Both the position numbers and the translations under genes were made by a program. Below, one piece after another: positions 17,489 to 26,645 of a stretch of 64,000 nucleotides of DNA. The stretch is from a virus: positions 1 to 64,000 of the IMG/VR virus record IMGVR_UViG_3300036820_000013, one strand, 5' to 3'. Under the pieces are notes generated by a model. That model was not told where the DNA came from. It saw nothing but the letters and a program-made list of their open reading frames with translations, and searched no databases. Each line of letters begins with the position of its first letter. The stretch's first letter is position 1.

Positions 17489-17721
17489 ATAACAACAAGC
17501 CTCAAGCGAAGGCCAGGTAATGGGGCGGCACTACACAACTAAGCATCCGGACAGGGCCATGTCGAAGTACCCGCTTCGGCTTCAGAAGCGCGGCCTAGCG
17601 AAAGCACCCACGATGTCGTCGCTTGAGAGCTTGCGAAAGCGTCAAGCAAGTCGCGCCGCGCCTCAAGACCTACCGTCAGCGCGATACGCCGGCTGGGACA
17701 TCGACGAGGAGGAAGCCCAGC

Positions 17722-17997
17722 ATGAAGCCCGTCGAGTGCAAAAAGTGTCAAGAGAAGATCACGCAACTACCAACCGGAACGTGGATCGACGGCCTCGGAG
17801 TCGTGTTCTGCCTAAGACAGCCTAACGGAACTCCATTGGAAGAGTTCGGGCTGCATGAACCGATCATCGACCCCGAATGGGCTGATCGCATCCGCTCCCT
17901 CGCCAAGTACAGCCCATCGCACTGGACCCCGGGCGAGATCGCCAAGCTAATGCAACTGGCCGAAACCCAGGTCAAGAATATCCTCGAGGACACATGA
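17722..17997 (+). CDS. Hypothetical protein (CxxC, C-terminal HTH-like)
   Basis: GAGGA SD; ATGA overlap with queE. Confidence 0.55.
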   Translation: MKPVECKKCQEKITQLPTGTWIDGLGVVFCLRQPNGTPLEEFGLHEPIIDPEWADRIRSLAKYSPSHWTPGEIAKLMQLAETQVKNILEDT

Positions 17998-18776
17998 CTG
18001 AGACGCTCCTGGTCAATGAAATCTTTGGGCCCACTATTCAGGGCGAAGGACCCGCAACCGGACGCAAGTGCGCCTTCGTTCGACTAGCGATCTGCCCGCT
18101 TCGTTGTCGCTGGTGCGATACCGCCTACACTTGGGCGTTCACGCCCTCGCTCGCGCTGAGGCACCAGAGTCATATCACGTATGACGGGGCAGAAGAAGTG
18201 CACAAGATGTCGATTGAGGACATCGTTAAGCACACGCTACACGCGCTAAAAGGCTCGCAGTTGGTCATCCTATCAGGTGGTGAGCCACTAGCTCAGGTCC
18301 CGCCAAGTATGCAGCGTCCTGATGCGGTCACCACCGATAATGCCGACCCTGTGGCGATGCTAATCAAGGAACTCTACATACATGGAGTCCTGACACATAT
18401 CGAGACCGCGGGAGTTCGGCTACCCAGTCCTTATCTACACCAATACGTTAACCGCTACGTCGTGTCCCCGAAGCTAGTCACTAGTGGCAATAGCCTAGAG
18501 GCGCGCCGAAAGCTTGACGTCCTGGAGTTCTTCGCTCAGACCGCCAAGGCTGACTTCAAGTTCGTTATTACCACGCCTGCAGACTTCAGTGAAGTCGCCC
18601 TGATCGAGAACCTATGTCGCATCCCTCAGGAACGCATCTGGGTGATGCCGGAAGGGACTACGGCAGAAGCGATTCAGCGCAAACTGCCGATGGTAGCTGA
18701 AGGCGCGCTCAAGCATGGCTATAACGTCTCGACCCGACTTCATGTTCACATCTGGGGCGACGAGAGGAAGCGCTAA
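17994..18776 (+). CDS. queE: 7-carboxy-7-deazaguanine synthase (radical SAM)
   Basis: EIFGPTIQGEG, FVRL, CPLRCRWCDT, SGGEP, IET, VSPK, RLHVHIWG. Confidence 0.93.
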   Translation: MTETLLVNEIFGPTIQGEGPATGRKCAFVRLAICPLRCRWCDTAYTWAFTPSLALRHQSHITYDGAEEVHKMSIEDIVKHTLHALKGSQLVILSGGEPLAQVPPSMQRPDAVTTDNADPVAMLIKELYIHGVLTHIETAGVRLPSPYLHQYVNRYVVSPKLVTSGNSLEARRKLDVLEFFAQTAKADFKFVITTPADFSEVALIENLCRIPQERIWVMPEGTTAEAIQRKLPMVAEGALKHGYNVSTRLHVHIWGDERKR

Positions 18777-18871
18777 TGGAAAAGCCTCTAGCGGTAGCGG
18801 TCCTGATCATTGTCGTTGCCATCATAGCGCTCGGCCTCGCGACCTGGCTTCTCACCGCATTCCAACCTTAG
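18776..18871 (+). CDS. 31-aa membrane peptide
   Basis: TAATG coupling; single TM. Confidence 0.55.
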   Translation: MEKPLAVAVLIIVVAIIALGLATWLLTAFQP

Positions 18872-18880
18872 GAGCGGCTC

Positions 18881-19123
18881 ATGATTATCAGCCTGCAGAT
18901 CCCAGATGAAGACTCAGACCTCATGATCGCGCTCAAGGATGTATTGCCTTTTGTGGCTCGATGTATTCGAGCAGAGGCGCTCCTAAGCCAAATGACGCGC
19001 AGTGAGATGCTCCGTCTAACTAGTAGTCAGGCAAGCCTACAAGGAGTCCAAGAGCTCCAACGTGCTGTCGGCGAGCTACTGAACCCGAAACGCGAGATCA
19101 GGATCGACCCAGATGTCCTATAG
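18881..19123 (+). CDS. Hypothetical protein
   Basis: AGGAG SD. Confidence 0.65.
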   Translation: MIISLQIPDEDSDLMIALKDVLPFVARCIRAEALLSQMTRSEMLRLTSSQASLQGVQELQRAVGELLNPKREIRIDPDVL

Positions 19124-19430
19124 TTCCAAAGAACTGCAAAATCAGGCAGGTATCACTGGCCGTCAGATGGATCATTGGTACCGGCATGGCTGGCTGGTCT
19201 CCTTCGAACGCCATTCAGATGACGGCTCTGGGACGCCGATTGAATGGCCCGAAAGGACCCTGCGCAAGGCTATCCTAATGGGCATCCTGATCGGCTCCGG
19301 CTTCACTCCGATACGCGCTCACGATCTGGCTGAGCGCTACCTGAATCGTCCGACGTTGACCGATCCATTTACAGCCCTCGCAGGTGTCGGAGTGCAAGTC
19401 ACGATATCGCTTCGGGAGAGCCTCATATGA
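19113..19430 (+). CDS. MerR-type HTH DNA-binding protein
   Basis: AGITGRQMDHWYRHGW...GSG resembles actinobacterial MerR-like regulators. Confidence 0.7.
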   Translation: MSYSSKELQNQAGITGRQMDHWYRHGWLVSFERHSDDGSGTPIEWPERTLRKAILMGILIGSGFTPIRAHDLAERYLNRPTLTDPFTALAGVGVQVTISLRESLI

Positions 19431-19612
19431 TCTGCGAGCCTTGCCGCCGCGCTGGCGACATTCTTTCCTCAGTAGAAGATCCCGACCCTTTCGATGAGAG
19501 CAACATGATCGCGCTACATCGGCGATGCAAGGGCGGAACCTTTTGCGACTGCCAACATAGCATTAACCCCAACATGCTCAACCAAGAACGGATCAAGAAA
19601 AATGACGGCTAA
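19427..19612 (+). CDS. Small Cys/His protein
   Basis: CEPC, HRRC, CDCQH. Confidence 0.6.
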   Translation: MICEPCRRAGDILSSVEDPDPFDESNMIALHRRCKGGTFCDCQHSINPNMLNQERIKKNDG

Positions 19613-20144
19613 AGCGCCCCCAGTCGGCATCAACCTCACTGACGTACCATTCCCAGCAGCCATAGGCGTCTGGGGCGTCTGTCCTGGCGACGGCATGATC
19701 GCAGCAGTCATCCGTCACGCCACCGAGAGCTGGGCAGGCCATGCCGTGATGTACGTAGGCGGCGGGCAGATCGTGGAGGCTACCTGGCCGAAGGTCGAGA
19801 TATCGATGGCCCCGACGCAGAACATCATCTGGGCTACCGGTCAGCCGCTCAATGCAGGCGAGCAGCTACTCGCCTCCAACAAGGCACGCTCGCTCGTAGG
19901 TACTCAGTACGACATCTGGGTCTATCCATTCCTCGCCGCTGCGGTCTTCGACGCTGCGCTCACCAAGGACGTCTCGCACTTGTTCAACAACGACCGCTGG
20001 TGGGACTGCTCCGGTCTTATCGAAGAGTGCGACGTGGTGGCCAACGCTCCGATGTTCCCAGGCAGCTCAGGAAGCGCGCACTTCGTTACGCCAGCCATGC
20101 TCATGACTCTTGGCGCTCAAGAGGGCTGGTTCACAGGACAGTAA
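19602..20144 (+). CDS. Permuted NlpC/P60 (YiiX-like) papain-fold enzyme
   Basis: GHAVMY..IVEA precedes YD and DCSGL. Confidence 0.75.
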   Translation: MTAKAPPVGINLTDVPFPAAIGVWGVCPGDGMIAAVIRHATESWAGHAVMYVGGGQIVEATWPKVEISMAPTQNIIWATGQPLNAGEQLLASNKARSLVGTQYDIWVYPFLAAAVFDAALTKDVSHLFNNDRWWDCSGLIEECDVVANAPMFPGSSGSAHFVTPAMLMTLGAQEGWFTGQ

Positions 20145-20170
20145 AGCGGCACTACTAGAAAGGCAAGCCC

Positions 20171-20959
20171 ATGGCAATGTATCGCAGGAAGGCCCCCACC
20201 GTACAAGCCCATCAGTCACTGCTGAGCAACTGGCTCGTCTGGGAGGGCGGTGTAGAGACCGTTTACGACGACCATACCTTCAAGGCGCTGTTCGAGCCAG
20301 TCGAGCTAGGAATGAACGTAGTCAAGAAGCCTGACTGCGACGTCTTCGGCTTCGACTACAGCTGGTGTCACGAAGAGGTAGACCGTGCTCTCATCAACGA
20401 GCTGCTCGGTCTCGAGGCGATCTCGATCGACAACGCTATCGATGGACAGTCCTGGATGTTCAAGCCGTACCCTCTGAGCATCTACGGCAAGCTCCTAGAC
20501 GCCGTCGTCAAGGACATGCGCTCCCGCGAGGAAGGGCTCGCGACCTTCACGGCAGACGCACCTACGCTCCTCGAGGTTGGCTGCGGCATCGGAACCAAGC
20601 TGGTAGCCGCGAACGAGATCTTCGGCTTCCGAACATGTGGCTTCGACTACAACGAGGAGTACGTAATAGCCGCCAACGAGCTGCTGCGTGCGCATCAGTG
20701 CGAGACGCGGGCGCTCGTCTACGACGCTAGAGATGCCGACTGTGTCGATCTCTACGAGACCAGCGATGTTATCTACATCAACCGGCCCTTCGTCCATCTC
20801 GATCTAGAGACCAAACTGGAGCATATAATTCTGCACTCCATGCACTCAGGTGCGTACATCGTTATCGCTAACGGCGCAACCGACGCTGCCCAGCTAGAAC
20901 TGGGCTCCTGGTGCAAGGTCGCAGAGGACCAGCAAGCTGTAGTCCTGCGGAAGCCCTAG
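20171..20959 (+). CDS. Class I SAM-dependent methyltransferase
   Basis: LLEVGCGIG, GFDYN, DA, IYINRPF. Confidence 0.85.
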   Translation: MAMYRRKAPTVQAHQSLLSNWLVWEGGVETVYDDHTFKALFEPVELGMNVVKKPDCDVFGFDYSWCHEEVDRALINELLGLEAISIDNAIDGQSWMFKPYPLSIYGKLLDAVVKDMRSREEGLATFTADAPTLLEVGCGIGTKLVAANEIFGFRTCGFDYNEEYVIAANELLRAHQCETRALVYDARDADCVDLYETSDVIYINRPFVHLDLETKLEHIILHSMHSGAYIVIANGATDAAQLELGSWCKVAEDQQAVVLRKP

Positions 20960-20981
20960 GAGGGGCTGTGGTGATGCGCTA

Positions 20982-21188
20982 ATGCCGTCCCGTGAGCCTC
21001 GACTGAGCGGCATGGAGAAGGCTTATCAGGTCTGGGCTCGGAAGAACAACATCATGGACCAGGACCAGCAGAAGGCGAGCCGCATGATCTTTGAGGCGGC
21101 CTGGAACGCTCGCGGGAATGTTTGGGCGCATACAGTCGCCGTGATATTCTTCCTCGCGTTCCTTGCATACTTCGCGACTATCCATTAG
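20982..21188 (+). CDS. Small membrane protein
   Basis: C-terminal TM. Confidence 0.6.
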   Translation: MPSREPRLSGMEKAYQVWARKNNIMDQDQQKASRMIFEAAWNARGNVWAHTVAVIFFLAFLAYFATIH

Positions 21189-21210
21189 GAGTTCATAGGA
21201 AAGGAATTAC

Positions 21211-22320
21211 ATGAACAAGCTACTCAGTATCGGAGCCGCACTGGCCCTACTCACTGGAGCTGGCCTAGGCGTGAATGCTGCCGCATCAGCAAGTCCGGCC
21301 TGGACTGCCAGCTGTGCAGCGGGTGCATCGACTAGCGCCTCAGGCTGCGGGTCGTGGGATGCGGCACCATCCTCAGGGCAGGCTCCAGGGTTCCTCGCCG
21401 GTCAGCAGTCTCAACCCAACCTGATCGACGTCAATCAGGACGGCTGGTCAGGTAGTCAGGGAGCGCAGTCCATCTCTGCGTCTACCTATCAGAACTGGAG
21501 CGTTACTGCAACAGACACGCCCCCACAGGCGAACTCAGCCCAGATCCTCACCTACCCAGACACGAGCTTCAACTACTACCAGCTCAACGCGGCTCCGAAC
21601 TATACGGACCCGCCTAGCGGATACGACCTGAACAATATCAGTTCTCTGACCAGCTCGTACAGCGAGACCATGCCGGCGACCTCAGACAAGTACACGGCCG
21701 AGGCCGCCTACGACATCTGGTTGAACAACTGGGACACCGAGGTCATGGTGTGGACCGACGTTCACTATCAAGGCGTCGACTGTGGCGGCCCAGGCTGGAC
21801 GCCGGAGTGCAGCGGTGACACCCTGCTCGGCAACTATACCTACGACGGCCAGCAGTGGTCTCTATACGACAACGGCGGCGGCATCAACGGTTACTACATG
21901 TGGATTCCGGACAACGGGACAGCCCTAGATGCGGTCAGCCAGCCGAGCGGAACCGTCGACCTGAAGGACATGCTAGCTCAGACCGCCACCTCCGGCAAGT
22001 TCACGGCCGACTCTCCACTGACCTCAATCGACTACGGTTGGGAAATCGCTGACACGGGAGGCAAGCCACTTACCTTCACAATGAACAGCCTCAGCGTGAG
22101 TATCAACGGCAGTACTACCCCACCGCCGGCACCCACGACCACGCCGACTACGCCTGCACCTACTACGCCGCCGCCAAGTACTCCTCCCCCCACGCCTAGT
22201 TCGGCAACGATCTACGCCTGTGCCGCCAAGAGCGGTGCGATCAGCAAGCTCAACGATACAACGGCGCCTACATGCGCTAGCGGCTCCACACCCATCTCAT
22301 GGTCCGCCCAGGAAGGCTAG
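21211..22320 (+). CDS. Secreted GH12 endo-beta-1,4-glucanase
   Basis: Signal peptide; YP, AAYDIW, EVMVW (nucleophile), YGWEI (acid/base); P/T linker; small Cys domain. Confidence 0.85.
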   Translation: MNKLLSIGAALALLTGAGLGVNAAASASPAWTASCAAGASTSASGCGSWDAAPSSGQAPGFLAGQQSQPNLIDVNQDGWSGSQGAQSISASTYQNWSVTATDTPPQANSAQILTYPDTSFNYYQLNAAPNYTDPPSGYDLNNISSLTSSYSETMPATSDKYTAEAAYDIWLNNWDTEVMVWTDVHYQGVDCGGPGWTPECSGDTLLGNYTYDGQQWSLYDNGGGINGYYMWIPDNGTALDAVSQPSGTVDLKDMLAQTATSGKFTADSPLTSIDYGWEIADTGGKPLTFTMNSLSVSINGSTTPPPAPTTTPTTPAPTTPPPSTPPPTPSSATIYACAAKSGAISKLNDTTAPTCASGSTPISWSAQEG

Positions 22321-22328
22321 ACTATCCA

Positions 22329-22544
22329 ATGAAGAGGCTCGCACTAGTAACCATCCAGTCCTACTGGCGCCTCGTACCAATGCCCGTGCGCGACGTCCTG
22401 AGCGCAGGACAGGGCACCTCCGTTCCCACCTACCTGGCCATCGAGTCCGGGGAGGGAGGCCTAGGGCTCTTCCTGAAGGCCTCACTCCCGCTCAGGAAGC
22501 TAGGCAAGGCCTTCGGCGTTTACGACGGCCCGCACAACTGGTAG
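22329..22544 (+). CDS. Hypothetical protein, paralog of 23198
   Basis: YWRLVPMPVRDVLSAG. Confidence 0.65.
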   Translation: MKRLALVTIQSYWRLVPMPVRDVLSAGQGTSVPTYLAIESGEGGLGLFLKASLPLRKLGKAFGVYDGPHNW

Positions 22545-22605
22545 CCCAAGTTCCTAGCCGGTTCTCTTTGGCGCCTCCGGCCGGCTAGGTGCGTGAGGAG
22601 GTGCT

Positions 22606-22639
22606 AGGGCCTCTCGGTGCAAGGTCGGCCGAGAGGCCC
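22606..22639 (+). terminator. GC-rich hairpin (terminator-like)
   Basis: GGGCCTCTCGG/CCGAGAGGCCC. Confidence 0.55.
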
Positions 22640-22662
22640 GTCTAATCCAAGTAAATTTCAAG

Positions 22663-22717
22663 AGAAATCCAAGGTCAAAACGCTTGCGTTCCTGAGCGCC
22701 TCCGCTATATAATTAAG
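22663..22717 (+). promoter_or_regulatory. Promoter P6
   Basis: AAATCC 22665, CTTGCG 22683, TATAAT 22708. Confidence 0.8.
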
Positions 22718-22751
22718 TATACAAAAGCAAGAACAAAGGCGACACAAAACG

Positions 22752-23201
22752 TTGAATGAAGAGCCAGAACCTGCGCCGTGCAGTTGCGCTATAGACTGCT
22801 TCCCAGCAACAACTTCCATAATTGGCTGCGCCGAGCATGGAATGCCGCAGAACCTTCAGGACACCGAGTTCCCAGGCTCGACACCTAAGGTAGCGGCTCT
22901 GTTCATAGATCGAGCCCTAGGGCATAACCTAGTAGCTGTCGCACCCTTGTACTCTCACGAGCAAGTCGCTCACGCAATACGACGAGGCGAGGAACTAGGC
23001 CTGCAATATCAGCAGACGACCACGATCTACTCACTGGCGGACTTGGAACGAGCGGAAGGCAGCCTCCCTCAGCAGCCTGACTTCAGCCACGAGCCCGGCT
23101 GTATTTATTCCCACACTCGCCATCCCGGCAAGTGCTACATTCCTAGCGAGACTTACCTGCCCAGCCCTGGCGACACCCATGACGGAGACCCTGCGTTATG
23201 A
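22752..23201 (+). CDS. Hypothetical protein
   Basis: ORF after P6; start uncertain. Confidence 0.6.
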   Translation: MNEEPEPAPCSCAIDCFPATTSIIGCAEHGMPQNLQDTEFPGSTPKVAALFIDRALGHNLVAVAPLYSHEQVAHAIRRGEELGLQYQQTTTIYSLADLERAEGSLPQQPDFSHEPGCIYSHTRHPGKCYIPSETYLPSPGDTHDGDPAL

Positions 23202-23518
23202 GAACAATCTGGACACGTACACTACCCCTAGCTGTCATTCGGCTCTACTGGCGGATCGTTCCGATCACGGTGCGCGACATCATGAGCGCAGGTCATGGCA
23301 ACTCACGCGAGGCATATCTGGTCATCGAGAATGATGGCGGCTGGAAGGCGTTCTGGTTCTACGCGATACCCCGCGTGCGTGAGTACAGGCGGATCAGCTG
23401 GGATGGCACTACGGCATGGATTGTCGGATACGACGGCGTGGCTGACCACCTCACTTGGCTGGGGGACCTGAACTCAGACACGCATGGCGGCCCATTCGAT
23501 TGGGAGCATTACAAGTAA
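23198..23518 (+). CDS. Hypothetical protein, paralog of 22329
   Basis: YWRIVPITVRDIMSAG. Confidence 0.7.
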   Translation: MRTIWTRTLPLAVIRLYWRIVPITVRDIMSAGHGNSREAYLVIENDGGWKAFWFYAIPRVREYRRISWDGTTAWIVGYDGVADHLTWLGDLNSDTHGGPFDWEHYK

Positions 23519-24684
23519 TGAGCCTCGTCCACGAGATCCATTCATCCCAGCTACGCGGTTACCGGCGCTGCCGACAGCTCTACCAATGGCGTTACGTTGA
23601 AAACTGGGAACCGATTAAGAAGCCAGCCCCTCTCGAGGATGGGACGGTCTGGCATAAGGCTTGCGAGGCTGTATACGACCCCGTCGGTTGGGAGCAGCCG
23701 CTAGCAGAGCTACATGGTCGAGCTAACAATGCCCTAATCTTTGAGGCGGCTAAGCAGAAGAACGAGTACCTCGAGCGCGCAGGTAAGTACCAGCTCGATG
23801 AGCAAGAAGCCCTAGAGTATGCCGAGCGTGTTAACCTACTACGCAGCATGCTCGCAAAGCTCTGCCGCTCGCTAGACCGAGAGAAGTACCGACCTGTATT
23901 CGTTGAGCGTGAATTCTCCTGCCCCATCCTAGGCGAGCTAGGGAGTCAGCTGTACTGCCGCTGCTTGCGATGCCAAGAGCAAATGCTCCAGTCAGGCCGC
24001 GAAGCTCCGAGGTCTACAGTGCAATGTGCTTCAGGGCTGCCGGTAACGTTCAACTGCCGTATCGACGCCGTCTTCGAGGACAAAGAAGGTTTTGTCTACG
24101 CCGTCGACCATAAGTCAACAGCGGTTCTGCTTAAAGCGGATTCAGTCATTCCGGAGCTAGAGGACCAGCTACCGTCCTACCTATGGTGCCTGCAACAGAA
24201 TGACTATCCGGTAACCGGCCTGATCCTCAACCAATTTCGCAAGGCGTACCCAAAGCCTCCTAGACGCTTGGAGCGCCTGACGCAGGGTCGGCTTTACAGT
24301 ACAAACCGAATGCAGCTAACCGATCATGATACCGCCCGTCAGGTCTTCCGGCACTACGACCCCCGAGCCTTCCAACATGGCCTGTACAACGACTATCTAC
24401 GCTGGCTACAAGAGTTCGGGCCACAGTTCTCGCGGCAGTTTGTACATTTCAAGACAGCAGCACAGCTAGACATCGTTGCTAAGAACGTCCGGCTTCAGAC
24501 CTTGGAGCTGATCGACGAAGGTCCAATGATCTACCCGAATCCGAGCCAGATGAACTGTAGCGGCTGTTCGTTCCAGTTGCCTTGCTTTGCAGAGCAATCC
24601 GGTCTGGATTACCAATCGGAGCTTGAAGCGAGCTTCGTTAAGTCTAAGCCCTACTATATCCAGAGGCGTGCGCATGAAGTGTAA
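23518..24684 (+). CDS. PD-(D/E)XK exonuclease, Cas4/AddB-like
   Basis: S.L..Y..C, RID..DHKS, QL..Y, C-terminal CSGC...C. Confidence 0.85.
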   Translation: MSLVHEIHSSQLRGYRRCRQLYQWRYVENWEPIKKPAPLEDGTVWHKACEAVYDPVGWEQPLAELHGRANNALIFEAAKQKNEYLERAGKYQLDEQEALEYAERVNLLRSMLAKLCRSLDREKYRPVFVEREFSCPILGELGSQLYCRCLRCQEQMLQSGREAPRSTVQCASGLPVTFNCRIDAVFEDKEGFVYAVDHKSTAVLLKADSVIPELEDQLPSYLWCLQQNDYPVTGLILNQFRKAYPKPPRRLERLTQGRLYSTNRMQLTDHDTARQVFRHYDPRAFQHGLYNDYLRWLQEFGPQFSRQFVHFKTAAQLDIVAKNVRLQTLELIDEGPMIYPNPSQMNCSGCSFQLPCFAEQSGLDYQSELEASFVKSKPYYIQRRAHEV

Positions 24685-24862
24685 CGGAGCGGTTACGGAC
24701 AATGATGCTCGCGATTGCAGCTCTCCAGAACCGAAGTACGTTTGGACAGGGTCTCATGGAGGCGAGTACTACCTGTGCGACTATCATGTCGCTAAGTGGT
24801 GCAGCGAAGTCCAGGGCATTTCAGTGCTAGAACCGATACGGATTAGGACGCTGCAGCCATGA
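24674..24862 (+). CDS. Small Cys-rich protein
   Basis: Overlaps both neighbours. Confidence 0.5.
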   Translation: MKCNGAVTDNDARDCSSPEPKYVWTGSHGGEYYLCDYHVAKWCSEVQGISVLEPIRIRTLQP

Positions 24863-26025
24863 TCATCGATTGGATTTCCGTTGCGCCTTGGGTACCTTCT
24901 GGCTACGGAAGTCAAACAGCTTTGCAAGTGCCGCTCCTTGCCCAAGACCATCAAGTTTTCATCGCCGCTAGCTACGGCTTGAGGGGTTCGCCTCAAACAT
25001 GGCAGGCGCCTGATGGAACTGACATTCGTGTTTGGCCTGCAGTTAGCGATGAAGACCTAATTTCTCAATACCGCTTCAATGAAGCAGACTTGGCTATAGC
25101 GCTCTTCGATGCTTGGGCCGGCCCACTTGACTTCCTAGCGGCTTCTGGCGCGAGCGTCGCGATTTGGCTTCCAGTTGATTGCACCCCAATGAGCGTTCCA
25201 GATATGCATCGTATTCGAAAAAGCACGGGGATTACCCCGATCGCGATGTCACGCCATGGGCGCAGAATGCTCAAGGATGCTGGATTCGACCCGCTCTATG
25301 TACCTCATAGTATCGATACGCAGCTATTCAGGCCTGAGAAGGACAGGCAAGAACTTAAAAAAGCGCTCGGTCTAGATCCAGACGCCTTCGTGATTGGCAT
25401 TAATGCTGCCAATGCGGATTCCCTGCGAAAAGGGTTCGCCGAGCAGCTCATGGCCTTCAAGACCTTCCATCAAAACCATCCGAATTCGATATTGTTGCTA
25501 CATACCGGCGAGATACCTAGTGAGGGCCAACGAGGCGTCCATCTAGGCCACCTACTACGAAACCTGAAACTAGAAGGCGCGGCGCACTTTACCGATCAGT
25601 TCCGCTACGAGTCAGGCCTAATAAGCCCAACATTCTTGCAGAAGTGGTATAACACCCTGAACCTGCTGTCCGCCTGTAGCTATGGTGAAGGATTTGGAAT
25701 CCCGATTATCGAGGCTCAAGCCTGCGGTACTCCTGTGGTTGTGACGGATGTTTCTGCGATGCCGGAACTACTTTTTAATGGCTGGAAAGTAGACGGACAG
25801 CCCCAATGGAACGCCTTTCATAACGCCTGGTGGAAGGTCCCGAACGTTCTGCGAATCTTGAACGCTTATGAGAGCGCTTATGAGAATCGCGGCGAGCCTA
25901 ACGAGGCCGAACTATCACGAGCTGGTCGCGACAACATCGTCAAGAAGTACGACATGCACTTCGTGTATGAAAAGTTCTGGCGCCCGACACTGCATGCCTT
26001 GGAGAGCCGATATGGCAAACACTGA
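24859..26025 (+). CDS. GT4 (GT-B) glycosyltransferase
   Basis: SGYG, RKG, EGFGIPIIEAQACGTPVVVTD..AMPE. Confidence 0.92.
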   Translation: MIIDWISVAPWVPSGYGSQTALQVPLLAQDHQVFIAASYGLRGSPQTWQAPDGTDIRVWPAVSDEDLISQYRFNEADLAIALFDAWAGPLDFLAASGASVAIWLPVDCTPMSVPDMHRIRKSTGITPIAMSRHGRRMLKDAGFDPLYVPHSIDTQLFRPEKDRQELKKALGLDPDAFVIGINAANADSLRKGFAEQLMAFKTFHQNHPNSILLLHTGEIPSEGQRGVHLGHLLRNLKLEGAAHFTDQFRYESGLISPTFLQKWYNTLNLLSACSYGEGFGIPIIEAQACGTPVVVTDVSAMPELLFNGWKVDGQPQWNAFHNAWWKVPNVLRILNAYESAYENRGEPNEAELSRAGRDNIVKKYDMHFVYEKFWRPTLHALESRYGKH

Positions 26026-26638
26026 TCCCGTAGAAGTGGAAGGCCTGCTCTGGAACGGCTGGCCTGGACGCATAGCCCTCGATGTCGGAGCTCGCATGGG
26101 CGAATCGATCGAGGACATAGTGCGCTGCGGCTTCACTAACATTACCTGCTTCGAACCTTCGCCTCAGGCCTTCCCTATCTTGGAACCATTTGCAGAGCGG
26201 CTGGGTGTGAAGCCTCGGCAGCTAGCTATCTCGGACCATGACGGCCAGGTCCTCCTTGCATCTGTCCCAGGCGCCATGTCTAAGGGCGAGCTCGTCAGCC
26301 CAATCGATGGCATGGAATGGTCTGTCGATGATTGGAGCAAAGCCGACTACGTTGTAGTTCCTTGCCTGACCTTGAATACCTGGTGCGGAGTTGAGGGCTT
26401 TCCGGACTTCGTCAAGGTCGACACCGAAGGTCATGAACTCAAGGTCCTGCAAGGGGCACAAGAACTGATCTGGCACGGCTGCGGCTGGCTCATCGAATTC
26501 CATACGCCGTTGAATCGTGAGCGCTGCTCAGGCCTCTTGCAAACAGCAGGCTACGAAGTCGAGACGATACGCCACCCTCACTATGCTCCCGAATCGCCGA
26601 TGTGGCACCAGCACGGCTGGATCCGGGCGGAAAAATAG
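26012..26638 (+). CDS. FkbM-family O-methyltransferase
   Basis: LDVGA..G, FEP, FVKVDTEGHELKVLQGA, IEFH. Confidence 0.9.
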   Translation: MANTDPVEVEGLLWNGWPGRIALDVGARMGESIEDIVRCGFTNITCFEPSPQAFPILEPFAERLGVKPRQLAISDHDGQVLLASVPGAMSKGELVSPIDGMEWSVDDWSKADYVVVPCLTLNTWCGVEGFPDFVKVDTEGHELKVLQGAQELIWHGCGWLIEFHTPLNRERCSGLLQTAGYEVETIRHPHYAPESPMWHQHGWIRAEK

Positions 26639-26645
26639 GAGAACA

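Noticed and set aside
23518-24684. Cas4-like gene as evidence of a CRISPR system
   Set aside because: No repeat-spacer array or other cas genes; the context is a phage recombination module
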